A stretch of 63,953 nt of DNA, counting the filler, from Phoronis australis (taxonomy: Eukaryota > Animalia > Phoronida): NCBI GenBank assembly GCA_002633005.1. It is 7 parts of 7 records of this genome, joined end to end, with 100 filler letters (N's around TTAATTAATTAA, not from the genome) between each part and the next. Parts side by side here need not be neighbours in the genome. Positions count along the whole stretch, not along the records: positions 23,230 to 29,748 come from NMRA01001419.1; positions 29,849 to 50,310 come from NMRA01000175.1; 5 more parts are not named here. One strand, given 5' to 3'. Of this stretch, positions 24,062 to 35,769 are shown piece by piece. Both the position numbers and the translations under genes were made by a program. The notes beneath the pieces are model-generated. The model was not told the DNA's origin. It ran no database searches and worked only from the letters and a program-made list of their open reading frames with translations. Every line of letters begins with the position of its first letter. Position 1 is the first letter of the stretch.

Positions 24062-27000
24062 AAGGGTTTGCTATACTCGTACCCGTTCCCAATTACAAGA
24101 AAACCGAATGTGACGTCGACACCGGAACTATTCTCGGCATGATATTGGGAAACCAACCTTCAATATGTGCCACTCCTCCCAAAGCAGTCTTCTCGCCCAG
24201 ACGACTCACCAACTATACGGAACGTGACTTCTATTACGTCTCCGCCATATTTTGTTTGCAAGAACCCGTTTCTACTATAATCCATGGCCTTGCATCTAGT
24301 GCTTATGTTTTTTATGTAACTCTCGAGAGCGAATGGGAAAGCATTTGCGACGATATCGCGAAAGGTTTGATCAACGATGAAATAAACATTGATCCACGTG
24401 AACGAACCCAACTTGAATCGTTGTTGAAACCGAATCCTGTGCGAGCCGACGAACTCAGAAACGAATTTAGAAAAGGGATGAAGGCAATTGTAGGTCGCGT
24501 TTGGCCAAGAGCGAAGTGTATTTCGTGTACGCTGTCCGGTTCATTCAGATGTTAGTCCGATATCCTGTCCTTCTATTTTGGTGACGTTCGTGTCTTTAGT
24601 GTCTATCACGCGTCTACTGAAGGAGGGTTTGGTTTCAACTGTTGGCCAGAGGACAAGACCATACGTTATGCCCTGGGGTCGACCAATACATTCTTCGAGT
24701 TTATAGACGAGGACGACTTAGGGAAAGACCAGCCGTCAACAGTGTTGCCGCAACAGGTATTTGTTCAGATGATTACGTCCTCCGAGATAAAAATCTAAAC
24801 AATAATAAACACGAAACAGTTGATTACAAATCACGTTGGTAAATATAAAGAATGGCCACATTCATTTTAATCGTTGGCCATTGCAACACTGAGTTCTCCT
24901 TCAATACTATCTGGTAAAAATATTTCACTTGAAAACGCCAGTGTAATTAGGATTTCAATAACGGCAAGTTCTCAATCTATTAATATACTTTATTTACGAG
25001 TTTAAGTTATTTAAGAGTTTGACCAACAAATCTAGGTTGAAAAATCAACTTCCGCCACTCTATTCGGGGAAAACAATCGTACCAGCAGCAAGGATCGTAT
25101 TACAATGTACATGCCCCGAGAGTGGAGCTCTTATCACTAACCATAAATTGTGCAAAGAATAGAAATCCCTAATTGGCACACAGAACCTTTAAATGCGCAA
25201 CTCTTATCCACAAACGCACACTCGCACACATGCGACGTACAAAGTAGATTGTTGTTTTTGTTGTATGCTTTGGCATTTTATAACAAAATGTATTTCTTGC
25301 GGTGCGTGATAAGTGTTTTTGTAGGGAATGATTAGGGCTTTCCTAAAACTATACGATTGTTTTTCGTATTTTGCGATTGCTTCAAGTATCAAGGTCATTA
25401 GAAATGATATTTTACATGTAGGTTCGGAAATTGTTTTACCGCCTAGAATTTAGACAATGACACTTATTTCAAAATTTGCTTGATTGCTGCATGTTGTTTT
25501 GAAGCCTACATGTAGATGGACTCGAATATGAATGTCATGATTATCCATATCCGCACACCTGTGCTTTACGGATTGAAGTGGAATTTCAAGGATGTTTCCA
25601 ATCTTCGGAATCGATCAATTGTCACTTTTTATGATGGCATTTTTACCTCCACGGGCATCAATTTGCTGAGTATTGTATGTATGACTGTGTTAGTTATCTC
25701 AGGTTTTTTCTGCCTCTAAACCTAACACACCCTTAAGCCAGATGCCTACGCACACAATATGTTGAGACCGATCTTTAATTTGATCAACACGTGTAGTGGA
25801 AAATGCCTAGCATGAAGTCGAATTAGATTTGGAGTACAAAGATTTCGATCTGAGTTTGTGAATCGTGAATAATTTTACGTTTAGGTTGAAGTCGGTAAGA
25901 GTTATGAGATGGTTATAACTACTGCCTTTGGTTTGTACCGATACCGCCTCGGGGATGTTGTGGAAATTGTGGACTTCGACGAAGACGTCCCTGTTTACAC
26001 GTTTAAGTACCGGTAAGAGATTGGTGTGGTGTGTTTTCGGAACAAGTATCATGTAATTAAGATATTCAATTTGTGAATGACCCTTTGAAAACGTCTGGAC
26101 TTGAAGACGTCATGTCCCATTAAAAGTGTGAAATTTGTAGCAAGATCTACCCTGTGACTTCTTGAAGAACTGTGCGTGAATGTATGATCAGGAAAAGAAA
26201 CAGTTTTTAAATATATTGCGGTTTTAAGAAAAAAACACCACAAGTGATACATCTAAATACATAAGTGAACACATGAAAAACCGTAGTGATCCCAAATATT
26301 ACCGAATAGTTATCTGATTGTGAAATAAGTAAATAATAAAAAGTGTGCCTTGTTTATTTAGGGTAACAACAATGCGAGCGGGTTTCCCAGAGATTCTTGC
26401 GTTGTCTTAGGAAATGTGCACGAGAAGTGTTTGCAAGTACATGTATAACGCCAGTTCAAGGCTGTTTGGAGCTGATGTCGTAACTTGAGTTGCCGCCATG
26501 CACGAAAGGCCTGAGGTTCCAAAAAACTAAATAAACTATGCCTTGTTCGTGCTCTTGCCGGGACGACATAGGTTCTTCGTCCGCCATGGGGTTGTTTGAA
26601 AATTAGTAAAATTTGCATATTCCGATTTAATGAGAATAAGCATGTTTAAAAATGTCCCATCTGCATTACGGTATATGAAATTATTCTCTACGCTGGCTAC
26701 TTTCCTGATCATACTTGATCACGTGCAGTTTTTATTGAGTTCATTCGTTGACAAATCTTTCACTTTCTAATCATTTATGCCCAAGCCGACACTTTTCAGA
26801 CTTCCTTGTAATCATTTACTTGTGTCTGCATCAATCAGGTTCTTTTGAGTTGATCTTATTCTCGACCGCAATCGTTTGTCTTTGCCTTATGTGTTTCTGC
26901 AATAACCAGACATGCTGTCATACACTGGATTCTGCACTCCTGCAACCATTGGGACCACACAAATAATCAAAAAATACTGTAAAACCTGTTCCTCGCAAAT

Positions 27001-27350
27001 GCCGTCATTTGATTATAAATCAGTGGAATTCAATTGAACGTTCGAAAATTATTGGTCCTTCTTCAACAAAAACAACTTTTCCCTTGGGAACCGCGCTTAA
27101 ACTGTCAAGCAATACGATTACCCTCGTAAATTAAGATGATTGTTGGCGTCGCCTTGTGTGACAAATGTGATGTAAAAGAACATTTAACTTATTTTCGTCA
27201 GAATTGGTCAAATGTTGAATGCGTTTTGGGAGAAGACTCCAGAGAGCTCATTCCTGGAGGCCATCAGTATGACCGTGCGTACATGGGGAGACAAAATCAC
27301 CCTGCGGGACTTCGCCGCCACGGAAAACATCAACTGCACGAGTTTGCAAG
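24062..27350 (+). pseudogene. GHDC: GH3 domain-containing protein (GHDC-like acyl-adenylate/amido synthetase fold), partial, with in-frame TAG at 24553-24555
   Basis: Exons 24062-24756 (LKPNPVRADELR...RVWP...SGSFRC*SDILSFYFGDVRVFSVYHASTEGGFG...FFEFI), 25885-26012 (VEVGKSYEMVITTAFGLYRYRLGDVV...FKYR), 27202-27350 (IGQMLNAFWEKTPE...). GLYRYRLGDVV and YxxxEG are GH3 signature motifs; phases are compatible. Confidence 0.85.
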
Positions 27351-29068
27351 GTACGTGTCAGATTCTACCGCATATCCGTTGAATTGATTACTACCACACA
27401 AACTCATTTCCTCAAAAATTTCTGGGAAGTTCATTGGAACTAAACGTGGTATTTCATACCGAGATTCATTACTGGTGTTTAATCACTGGTTATTTCCAAA
27501 ATCGTTAGCTTTACGTGCAGTGACGTCGATTGCTCAGAGTGCACACCACATCGTCAAATGCACAATTGAATATGAATGGAATGTTTGCAGTTTTTCTAAA
27601 TATGCCAGTGTTCCTGGGTAGACCTAAAATGTTCGTGTACAGTGTGTGTACACATTTAAACTGGCACGTGGCCTTAATCTTTGTGAGGAGAGTGAACTAG
27701 TGAGTTGAATGTCCGTCTCCCGTTCTCTGAGTCTTGTATTCAAATTCCACTGAACTCCGATGCTAAGTCCTTGACTCATGTCTGTTGCTTCTCAGCTGAG
27801 CTTTATTGGGTGCGTATGTGTTTCATGTTGATGTAAATGTTGATAAACCGAAATTATTCAGTTAGACAAACTTGCTTTCAGTGAAGAATGACTGTAATTT
27901 TATGTATTCCCAGAATCCCCCTAGAGCTAAGTTATGATACGGACATGCGCGAATTTGTTCATGTGTCTCGTGCAATAGGCACAGTTGAGGTACCTGCACA
28001 TGTCTGATGCAACATGCATCGGACCCCCTGCATTATTTTTTGTTGATGCCTTTTGCAGTAAACCATGTGTGATTAAGCCACATGGCGGGACCATTGCGCT
28101 GATCATGACTCACGTGAACAACTCCGTGATAGTGTCCTCGTAGGGGGAAGTCTTCCAGTCTCCCTGCTTTTCTGAGGATATTAGTGAAATTAAAAATCTG
28201 TATGATCAGCCGATTCCCTGCAGACTCACTGTGCGTCCATTGAGTTGAAGGCTGCTAGGATTTTGATAGGCAAGTGAATTTGTGCTAAATGTTAAAGAGT
28301 ATTGTTCTTCGACACCATTTATACACTGTATTTCCGATCATTAATCGATGAAGTGTTCAACTGAATGTTGTTATTGTTAATATTATAATCACTTTACCAA
28401 TATTTATTAAACCAAACTCGATTTTGGGCCTGGTAACCTACAATAAAAGGACTTTCCCGTCCAGCTCTCTGAAACAAAATAATGTTCTGTAACCCTCACT
28501 AATCCTCACAAAATGGAGGAAAATTTGAAAACTCCTTTCTAAGTCTGTTAAACGGTCAAGCGTGGCCTGTACTTTTAGTCCAGTTTGTGAAATGAGACGT
28601 TTGAGTTTTTACATTGACGCCAATGACCCATTATCAGGTAAAACAACGAGGATTGATTGAAACCATTAAATCAGGGTTTTTTATCCTATAAAGTTCTTTA
28701 AAAGAACCTGTAACCACCCATTGACTCCAATGAATTTCGTTGGAATAAATAAGTTGGTGTGGGCAATTATATCCATAAATGCGTTAAAAAGAAGATGGTA
28801 ATATCCAAAGGATTACAACGTGGACATTATGGAACATGAAAGCCTCTTCCAATCCGGGGACTACTGCACCGAAACTTGTTGCATCAAAATAATCTTCTCG
28901 TATTTTTTAGGTAAACAGAAGAATTCGGAATCAGAGAACGTCAATTTATGCATAGGCGGTATTGTCGTGTTGGTGTATTCCGTACAAGTAACGTCAGTTA
29001 CAATGCACATGTATGACTGCACTTACCATCGTTACAAGACCTACTGTACAAACGTGACGTAATCTCAG

Positions 29069-29235
29069 GAAGACCATGGTGGTGGTGATGACGAGAATGG
29101 TGATGAAGATGTTGGTCATAATGATGATTTTGGTGAATATGGCAGTGATGAGGATGACGATGATGATGAAAATCATGATGATGATGGCAATGGTGACGCT
29201 GATGAAGTTCACGATGATAATGATGATGACAATAG
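29069..29235 (+). repeat. Degenerate (GAT)n low-complexity tract
   Basis: GAT/GGT/AAT triplets; reads as an Asp/Gly-rich peptide in one frame. Confidence 0.75.
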
Positions 29236-29237
29236 GA

Positions 29238-29748
29238 ATAGACCGGGATCTCAGAGCTTTTTTGGGCATGAAAAGGTAACCAACTTCCTTTGGTGCCACA
29301 GTGCTCTGTGGGTATCCTGATGCTTGGAAATGGCCGTCTGGCAGGTTCGCTCTGGTGGGTGTGGTCAGGGGAGCCAGGAGAATGACACTCGAAAATTGAG
29401 CTAGATCAACTTTTCTGGTAACCACTTCAAACTGCCTTGGATACCTGCTACGTAATCCACTCTATCAAAATTGGCCACTGCCAGACAATTTCAGTGGTGG
29501 GGACTACCCGCCAGACGAACATATACAGGGTACTAAAATTTTGCTAGATCAATCCAAGAGGTAACCGCTTGAAACCAGTCGCAAAATTTTCACCATAAGC
29601 CCAGGTATCACGAATAAACACTGCCAGACAAATCTAGTGGTGGGTTACCCCCGCCAGACACGCCCAAATACCAGAATTGAGCTAGATCAATCCATCAGGT
29701 AACCGCTTGAAACCAATTGCACGATGTTCAGCATCACTGAACATGGCA
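29238..29748. repeat. Interspersed repeat, shared with 63844-63953, with internal subrepeats
   Basis: TAGACCGGGATC...CCACAGTGCTCT...GGGTATCCTGATGCTTGGAAATGGCCGTCTGGCAGGTT is present on two scaffolds; internal GCTAGATCAATC...GGTAACCGCTTGAAAC repeats. Confidence 0.8.
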
Positions 29749-29848
29749 NNNNNNNNNNNNNNNNNNNNNNNNNNNNNNNNNNNNNNNNNNNNTTAATTAA
29801 TTAANNNNNNNNNNNNNNNNNNNNNNNNNNNNNNNNNNNNNNNNNNNN
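29749..29848. other. Artificial scaffold-joining linker
   Basis: 44 N + TTAATTAATTAA + 44 N. Confidence 0.97.
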
Positions 29849-30552
29849 ATAGTCTTGGGGAAATGTAGCGATGAAAGCGTGCCCGCCTTATAGGTCAAAC
29901 ATAATAAAAGAACCAGAACTGGAGCAATGGTTATTTTCGATGAATAACTACGCAACTGAGGGTGCGCATTGTAATCGCATTTCATTTAACAATTGGTTGG
30001 ATGGCACTCCTTGAGGCTGGTAAAGGTAATTCAGCTGGGAAACCAACCTGCTTGGACGAGCTACACATGTAGACCACACGTGCTATACAACTTGTGTTTA
30101 AAATGCTGGGTTTCGTGTAGCCTGGGAGTAGGTGTAGCCTACACTTGGTATATTCTTACTAAACAAAACCGCGTAACTTCCCAAAATCTTACTCTGAATA
30201 ACATTTATAATCGTGTGACACTTATGAGTTGTTGAACTTGGAATGTGATAAAAATGCTACTTGATAATGTCTCACCGTATTACACTCCGTGGATTTTCGT
30301 TTTGGGATGCTTTTCAATCATATGTACAGACTTGCTGATGCGAAACGATCTGATACATGTAGATCGTCTTAAATGTCCCCAAATGTGACATCTTTGAGGA
30401 TATACAGGATCTTCAGAAAAGGTTCAACCACTTCAGTACAACTCTTGTAGTTCAAATATAGTTCCCGTGAATCAGACCGACACGGACCTCTTGTTTGGTT
30501 AAACCTTGCAGTAAAAGTATGTGTGTGAACCTTTATTCATATTATATGCACG

Positions 30553-31495
30553 AAGATGGCAAACAAGCGACTCAGTTTTGGAGAGCAATATTTGTTTCGC
30601 TTTATTGTAACTAAACAAAATAAAACTAATCGACAAGTTGTTAGGTATCTTATACAAGCACACTCACACACTCACTCATGGGCCTCGCAAGACTTGATCA
30701 ACACATAAAAGATTCATAGGAGTGCTCCTATTTTTCAAATTAGAATACTCGCCATTTTTGTAGAATATGTATTTTTATGTTTAATAATACTTAATTTTTT
30801 CTGTTCTTAAGTATTTGACTCAAGGCTTAATCTCCATTAGCCTCTGGCGGTATCAATGCTATTTGCCGAAAATCAAGATTAAATTCAGTACATCTGAGTA
30901 TGAAAACTTGCCGCAGGTAAAAGCCTGGCATGGACGACTCTGAGAGTTGGACTCATTCGCCTTTCGTACATTGCGTCACAAGAGAAATGCCTTAAAGGAA
31001 CATTGTCGGTATTACAAGTGAAAAACGCTTATGTACCTCTCGAAATTACTACCTTCATCAGAGCTCTAAAACAGCAAAATATGTGGTTTTATTACACATT
31101 TTCACTTGCATTAAACATTATTTCAGGCCGTTGACACATTTCAAGGTGTTCCTAAAACGTTTTTTGTTTTTTTTTTCTGACCTCACGTCCTGAGATGAGT
31201 AGGTAGGTCAGTAAAATAGTTTAATTTTCCCCTTTTAATTGTCGGGAGGCGTTCATTTTCGTCTCAAATATTTTCGTATGTCAAATTGAAAGTGAAATAC
31301 ATTGGGTCGGGCGTCTTTTTACAGCCGTGTCTCGCGAGGGCGAATTAAAAACTTGTTTTTATTTTACAACTTCTTCAATACCAACTGTCACTACATTTAA
31401 ATAAATCGTAAAAATACAGCCAGTTTACTGTTGATACGAAGTTCCTTTCAGATACTGTAAGTCGCATTTAAAAGTGTTTCCCTGAAAAATGTTCA
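30553..31495 (+). repeat. Diverged interspersed repeat, copy 1 (copy 2 at 47981-48870)
   Basis: Collinear shared blocks GATGGCAA...CGACTCAGTTTTGGAGAGCA, CGCCATTTTTGTAGAATATGT, TACTGTTGATACGAA.TTCCTTTCAGATACT. Confidence 0.8.
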
Positions 31496-34350
31496 GTTTT
31501 CTGTACTAATCACCTGCTACCCCCGCTTTGTCGGTAATTTCATTCATTTAGTAGATTTCCGCGCATCTTTAGTATTCATGTGTTTTTGTTCTAATATGTT
31601 TCTGTAAGTCACTTTATCCTATACACGTGATAGTATGGCCATGAAATACGGGTCGTATTGTTTTGATATGGAAGAACTACCTATTCCTTCTTTCTCGCCA
31701 AAAGTCCCTCCTGTGCACACAATACGCTACAATCAATTGAAACATGATTGTATGTATACATATATATAGCAACACTTTGGGTTCAGCTCCGTGCGCAATG
31801 ATTTCACATGCCAATACTATGATAAGCGTTTTTAAAGCTAAACAAAAAAGTGAAATAAAAATATTGTTGACTATTTTTCTTGATATACCGTGAAACTTTG
31901 CACCTGGACAGAACACTTAAATCACAAAAAGTCTGAAACTTGCCACAAGCAATAAACATTGCACTACACCAGATGAGGTTCTCTACGGTCAAATATGAGT
32001 CAGTTTTTAAATTCGTTCTAAAAACAAAAAAATACGTCGAGCCCAAAAGCAAAACTGCAACTGCCGTAAACACTGTATTTTTGTCAACTTTGTGATAAAG
32101 TTTTGAATAATTTCGACCTAAAAATGATCTGAACCGCGCGCAATGACCATTTTAAGAAGCGTCTGAACGTGCATGAGCCAAAACATCGGGTGACCTGCAC
32201 AGATAATACTCAACGAAGTCAAGAAAAATCATCAGAAATGTAGGCAAACTTTAACTTAGAAATAGATTTAACTCAAGCTCTGACGAATATACTGAAAATG
32301 GCAGATATGCGCCCCAAGCCTGTAGCTGTTTTAAAACGCAATTGAAATGCCGTGTCCTGCAGGCTACAAACATTCATGCATAAAAATATTGCGTGCACGT
32401 ATACGTCTCGGGTGATCAGCGATCATAATTGATAAAAGATGACAAACGACACTAAAACAAGCAGAGCAATCTGTGTAAACCAGCTTCTTTAAAGAATCCT
32501 CAGCAGCGCTTCGTCCTCGTTCAAATACTTAAGCATGTCTCGAATCTCGATACTAACCGCTGGTACAAACACGTACGTTGTATAACCTATATACATATAT
32601 ATCGCACTAAATCCAGTTTTTTGAACCCAAATTCCATTCATCAGGCAGCCTATGCTACATTAGCTAATAAGCACTTCCACACAATAACGTGGCGGGCCGT
32701 GGGTGGGCGCGTACCGTCTCGCTCTATTTACCTTTTTACGCACACAAATTTCCAGGTTATGTCCCCTGTGCATGAATAATTTCTAAACAAGTAGTGCTGA
32801 AGTTTGGAAGCCATTGGCTGTACTTTGACGCCGGTTCCGTCGGATTAACCGACTAAGACATCTGATTGGTTTTTAACACATTAGTATATCTGAGATGGTT
32901 GTGTATTCTAGAAGGTCTTATTCTGCATAGCATTTTATAGTTAGCTGTAGATGTAATTTTTAGTTCGGACTCGGATTAATTTTTGATAACATTAAAAATG
33001 GCACTGAAGTCAACTATTTGTCTCGTTTGGTTCACCCAAAAACAATAATCGGGACAGAATGAATTGTGTTGCTTTTTTTAAATATTCATCATGCCTTTCA
33101 GGGAAAGTCGAGTGTTCTTTAACGACTTTCATTCGGTAACGTAACATGGACTCCTATTTTTTGTTGTTGACGCCGATTTTGGGCCAATGTCAAAGCCCTG
33201 CGTCCAGGGTAATACTCCAGTTTTAAGGGATGGGATGAGCCGCCCGAAAATCAAGATACCCTTGCAAGTAGAAAAGTTATGATCGTTCCATAAAAAGCCA
33301 CCCTTCGGTAGAGAAATTTCCCCCGGAATATCCCCAGGACTCTGGAAGAGGAAAGCCAAACTTGAGTACATTAATTCTAGGGCCCCAATTATCGTTAATC
33401 CGCCAGTGGTGTTAACTAAACCAAAAAACACAACACTGTCACGCAAAGTCTGTCCACTATCGCTTACTATGAACAACACCGTTGAAAAAAATACCCCCAC
33501 TGACACTTGTTCAACGAGCTGACACGTTTTCAACAGCGGCTATGGACGAAAAGTTAACCACTGATCAATTTTCACTGACGTTGAAAAAGTGGCCCGGGTC
33601 ATTTTTCCACGGGGGTCAGGTCGCTGGAGGGCTTATGTCTGGGGCCATGCTGCAAGTAACTCTCTATTATGTGACGAGTTATTTTCAATGTAATGTCCTT
33701 TGTTCTGTAACAAAATAGCAAGATGTTGGCTAATCTCTACAGAGCTCAATATTACCGTGGCATTTGTGAATGAGTCGCCAAATTGGGACCAGCAACATCA
33801 ACTCATCTAGAAGACTTCGTCGTCTCCGTGACATCGTCAGTCCGATCCGCGAGACCTATCAACTCGTTTTCCCCCAGAAACTATCAACTGGTTTTCGAGA
33901 TCGTCAAAACGCACCTACATTAGGACTAACTGTATCCAATGATAGGACAACTCACGTCGCGATCAAGTTGATTCCTCAGAAGGAACAGAAATCAGAATGT
34001 CAAAAAGTATAACCTCGTACTAACTCAGGTCATTAAGATGACGTCGTTGCAAGTTATTCAAATTTGGGTAACAGACAAATACCAATTGATAGTTGCTTAT
34101 TAGTCTATGATTGACTTAATACGTTGGGCGAGACAGCCCGAAAGAATCTTGTAGCTCGTACTAAAAGGGAGATAGGGCGCCAATAGCCAAGATGCCCTCT
34201 TGGTTTCTTCCCTTTAGGAATAACAAAAATTGCATCTTGATGTTGGCTATCAGGTAAGCAGCCAAATTCGAAACTTCTATTGAACGAGCTCACCATAAGA
34301 CAGAAATGTCTATACAAAAAAATTGAAAAACACGGATAAGAAGCCACCAG

Positions 34351-34579
34351 GGTAATAGCTTGTGGAGAGAGGAGTGAAGAAGACGTCTTTACTTGAACAC
34401 TACTTTATTGCGGACTGACTAACTACTGTACAACAACATGTTTTTGCAATACACAAGACCACATGCATACGAGTCACATTTCATAGAACTGTTTGGCAAG
34501 ATTTATATAATAAACCATTCTAACTAATTGTGCCATATAAGGTAAGTGTAGTTTCAGTACAAATCATAATACTATTACA
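34351..34579 (-). mobile_element. Solo LTR (229 bp) inserted into the LINE
   Basis: Terminal inverted repeats (G)GTAATAG / CTATTACA; 5-bp target duplication ACCAG at 34346-34350 and 34580-34584; minus-strand TATATAA then AATAAA; removing it rejoins the LINE motif KTPGP-GGF. Confidence 0.75.
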
Positions 34580-35092
34580 ACCAGGACCTGGCGTTTTGTT
34601 GTTTTTCATAGTATCGCAACGTCTCGAGAGCTTCCTAAACTGAAATTTTTTTCTCGAGCGCATCGCATTCGTGCCCTGTGAACTTGAGATCCCTTGTTAA
34701 TAATAACCAACACATCGCCAGATCTTATAACGTGGCCCCCAATGAGACCTTCTCGAAGATTTTCTTAACTCTTTATCTGTCTATTTGAGGATTTTCTCAA
34801 ATAACTGAGAGTGGCTATTTTGCTTTAACTCCAATGGAAAACGTCTTTCGTATTCTAAGAGCACCACTTATTTGTTACGTTGGGCCGATTTCTTTTACAA
34901 GAATAAATTGTTTCACTTCTTACTTTCATTAAACAGTACACACCATGGATTTTTGCACATTTTGAATTACCGGTGGCCACAGACTAAATGTATGACGTAA
35001 AATCTAGCTAAACCCGTGTTTATTTAGTGTAATTAGATCGAAATTTTGATTTTTGTTTCAATTTTGCCTATTTTCACATTTCCCGCCATGAG

Positions 35093-35769
35093 ACGTCATG
35101 GGTTGAACACAAGAAATCGGTGACTAGCATTGAACAATGGCGGAGAGCAGGGAATTCGAAAGCGACGCGACGATTACGAGCAAGAATTGAACGAATACTA
35201 GGAAGGAACGTACGGTAATGGTGGCCAGGATGAGGAAATGGGGTTGCACGAAAGCGAGAACAAGTTTAATGTGCTTCCGGCTGCGTACTTTTCTACTTTG
35301 AACCTTACGAACTGGATCCTCCCGCGAGAGAAGCGGCCTCGGGCTCGGCAAGTCAACCCAGTCATCCAAAAGACGATCCTGAATAAAGAGCTGATGTTTC
35401 TGAATGATAAATATTGTCCTTTACTGAACCAGGCCTTCATCGTAACGTCTCCTGTGACTGAAGTCGAAACGCGAGTCCTCAAAGTGGGCAGAACACAGAG
35501 TGGCCCCGGACCGAATCGCTTGGTCCACGATGATGTCCCACACTCTCGTTCGGCGCACGAAGCGATGCCACTTCTGCGCAACTTTGGTGTCCTTCGGAAC
35601 ACCGAGACGTTCTCCGCCTGGCTGATGTTGCTGAAGCCTCCGGAAACACATCTTTTGATCCCTCTACGAGCCTTCTAGACGCTAAATGTACTTTGCTTTC
35701 TCTTCACTCTATACACTTTGTCTCTGATCCGAACAGTATGGCGAACGACTTGGGTTCAACCCATGACGT
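35093..35769 (-). mobile_element. THAP zinc-finger pseudogene inside an inverted-repeat-bounded DNA element
   Basis: KRCVSGGFSN... then frameshift to PKDTKVAQKWHRFVRRTRVW...LCSAHFEDSRF (THAP P/W/CxxHF signature); perfect 16-bp inverted repeat ACGTCATGGGTTGAAC at 35093-35108 and 35754-35769. Confidence 0.8.

Noticed and set aside
24551-24599. 49-nt GT-AG mini-intron that would remove the GH3 stop codon
   Set aside because: Its length is not a multiple of 3, so splicing shifts the frame, and the segment itself encodes GH3-like residues
31030-31065. Second hammerhead (minus-strand CTGATGA)
   Set aside because: No intact stem II-GAAA follows; too degenerate to call
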